NCBI GenBank assembly: GCA_024679065.1 | Contig: JAGIQG010000005.1 | Span: 67,518,001 to 67,582,000 of the forward strand | DNA length: 64,000 nucleotides | From: Sphyrna mokarran | Lineage: Eukaryota | Direction of reading: 5' to 3' | In this document: positions 61,586-64,000 of the stretch, piece after piece | Position numbering within the stretch: the first letter of the stretch is position 1 | Layout of the letters: the number at the start of each line of letters is the position of its first letter | Program-made: the position numbers and the translations under genes | The notes under the pieces: model-generated | Databases searched by the model: none | Told to the model about the DNA's origin: nothing | What the model saw: only the letters and a program-made list of their open reading frames with translations

Positions 61586-62664
61586 ATAATGAGTAATGCA
61601 GGCTCATTCAGTCTATCAGATTTTGTCACTAATCGCTAACTTCCATGATTATACACAAAATGCAAAGTAAATAACTACCATGTGAAAGAATTTCACATCT
61701 ATCCATAATTCCATAGACAAATTTATCATTGAATTTGTTCAATCAATAAAAGCCAGTAAAGATTAGTCCTGTAGGGGGCAGCAAAGCTTCTCCTCTTATT
61801 GTTACCACTCCACTTTACACATGTTCATTGAATGTAACAAATGATACTGGGTTAAACTCAGTGCACATGTGTAAAAATTCTGAAATTACATGTGGAACAT
61901 GTTCATTTGACTAACAGGTCAATTTTTGGTTTCCAACTTGTTACAGTGCACTTCCCTCAATGCAGAAGCAGATTGATCATGACTTAACATGACAGTCTCA
62001 GCTTAACGTAACTAATGCAACAAAAATCTTGGATAAAAACACGTAAAAGGTCAACTATCAAACATTAGATCTGTTTTTATTTTCTCAGATGTTACCCGTC
62101 CCACAGAGAATTTCTAACCTTCCCTGCTTTTAATTCAGAATTCAAGGGATGGCAATCTTTTTGATCAAATTCCAAGACTATTTTCTTGATTAAGAATATG
62201 TCAAAAAGTACATTTAATATCAGAAAATTTTAATATACTTTGTTTAGAATATTGCACATAGAAGAATTATTTCGACTCCTGCATATCTCTGTAATTATAG
62301 TATAGTTCTGCACAAAACCTCACTAAGTTTCAACAATCCATCAAAGTCTTCACCACAACCCAGTTCAGAGATATACTGGCCACATTAGGCTATCAAAGCA
62401 CCAGAATTTATAGTGAAACTAAAATATCCAGAATAATATTTATATCTGAGGAAGACTATTAAATTCCCATGAAACAAAACCATGGCCTGTTAGTAGATTA
62501 AATGAAAAATTGTCCTCAGTTCTTTATTTATTCAGTGGCATGAGAAGAACAAGTTCCCTCTTATTGAGAGAGGAGGACTGTGCTTTGGAGCAATCATTAG
62601 CAACATTTGTCACGAGACTGTAACACCTGTGATTGAAATTGCACAAACCTAATAAGCCTAATAA

Positions 62665-63500
62665 TTCATGTGTGGGCAACTGCATGGCAGATGCAGTATA
62701 ATGTGGATAAATGTGAGGTTATCCACTTGGATAGCAATAATAGGAAGGCATTATTACTTAAATGGGTGTAAACTGAGAACAGTGAATACTCAACATCAGT
62801 CGTGCAACAGTCGCTGAAAGTAAGCCCATAGGCACAGCAGACAGTAAAGAAAGAAAATGCTATGTTGGCCTTCTTAGTGAGAAGATTTGAGTAAAGGGAT
62901 AGGGATGCAATTATATAGAACACTGGTGAGGCCACATCTGGAGCATTGTGTGCAGTTTTGTTGTCCTTATCGAAGATGTCTCTGCTATAGAGAAAGTTAT
63001 ATACTTTGCTATACATCAAAGATTTACCAGCCTGATTCCAGGGATGGCAGATCTGTCATATGAGGAGAGACTAAGTCCATTAGGATTGTATTTACTGAAG
63101 TTTGGAAGAGTGAAAGATCATCTCATAGAAACTTATAAAATTCTAACAGGATTAGACAGGGTAGATTTAGAAAGAATGATTGCAATGGTGGGGGAGTCCA
63201 GAACTAGGGGGTCATAGTTTGAGGAAAAGGGATAAACTTTTTAGAATTGAGGCGAGAAGGAATTCATCCAGAGGATAATGAATGTATGGCAATGCACTAC
63301 CACAGAACGTGGTTGAGGCCAAAATACTGTCCAATTTCGAAAGAAATTAGAAAAACTTCTTGGGGCTAAAGGGATCAAGAGATATAGGGAAGGAAGGGGG
63401 GAACCAGGATATTGAATCTGATGATCAGCGATGATCAAAATGAATGGCAAAGCAGCTCAAATGATTGAATGGCCGACTCTTATTTCTAGTTTCTATGTTT
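62665..63500 (+). mobile_element. CR1-type LINE 3' fragment
   Basis: WATAWQMQYNVDKCEVIHL, HQRFTSLIPGMADLSYEERLSPLGLY..HLIETYKILTGLDRVD, tail ttctagtttctatgtt. Confidence 0.92.
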
Positions 63501-64000
63501 TATTTATTAGTTTATTTTCCTTCAATGAGAAAGGAAACTATTGGGACTGCTCGTGGCTAAATGCTGAATAAACATCAGTTTTGCTGGTTAAAATAAATCA
63601 CTGTTGATGTTCAGTTACCTCATGCATGTAAGTCAGCAATAATAAACAGTATAACATTGTCCTGGTGAAAAAACTGTACAAATGATCTTGGCAAAGTTGT
63701 AAATGACTGCTCACAATAAGTGCCATATATTCAACTCTATTTCCCCACCATAAGCATGTTAATTGAACCCAATACTGGAGGAACACTGTTAAATTTGTTT
63801 GGGTCCCAGTGCTTTTTTAAATGAATAATCGTTTTTTTCAGATTTGACACAATGGTACCATGCTTACACTAAAATCCAAATATTGGATTCAAATAGACTT
63901 CCATTATACACACTAGGATGAGTGTTTTCTGGAATATACATACATTCAGAACAATTGTGTGTATCTACACAAAGATGTAACAGTAACATCTGGGTCACTG

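Noticed and set aside
56811-64000. The upstream FNIII-region exon of PTPRK
   Set aside because: I found no matching CVRIATK-like exon in this interval, so it presumably lies beyond the window.

Overview
AT-rich vertebrate genomic DNA. The repeat content (HE1/V-SINE-like and Deu-domain SINEs, many decayed CR1-type LINEs, RTE LINEs, Penelope-like remnants) points to a cartilaginous fish, probably a shark (inference). The whole window lies inside one minus-strand gene, the R2B receptor tyrosine phosphatase PTPRK. I traced 10 core exons from the transmembrane exon (56669-56807) through the juxtamembrane region and phosphatase D1 to the exon completing the [10 protein letters not shown] motif (735-870), all GT-AG with consistent phases. 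The ORF track misses four frame-preserving microexons (30, 36, 12 and 18 nt) and a NAGNAG acceptor; several are flanked by UGC and UGCAUG splicing-regulator motifs. Intronic items worth checking are minimal hammerhead-ribozyme folds in Penelope-like remnants (one with a near-intact core next to a 100-nt hairpin), a decayed retrovirus-like/LTR pol (LQYVDD), a SINE head carrying two different tails, inverted CR1 pairs, and a divergent pair of CTCF-like motifs. I saw no CRISPR array, rRNA, genuine tRNA gene or convincing second protein-coding gene, and I cannot support a wholly new biological system from sequence alone. Exon coordinates were counted base by base; repeat boundaries are approximate; family names come from recalled consensus sequences, not a database search.
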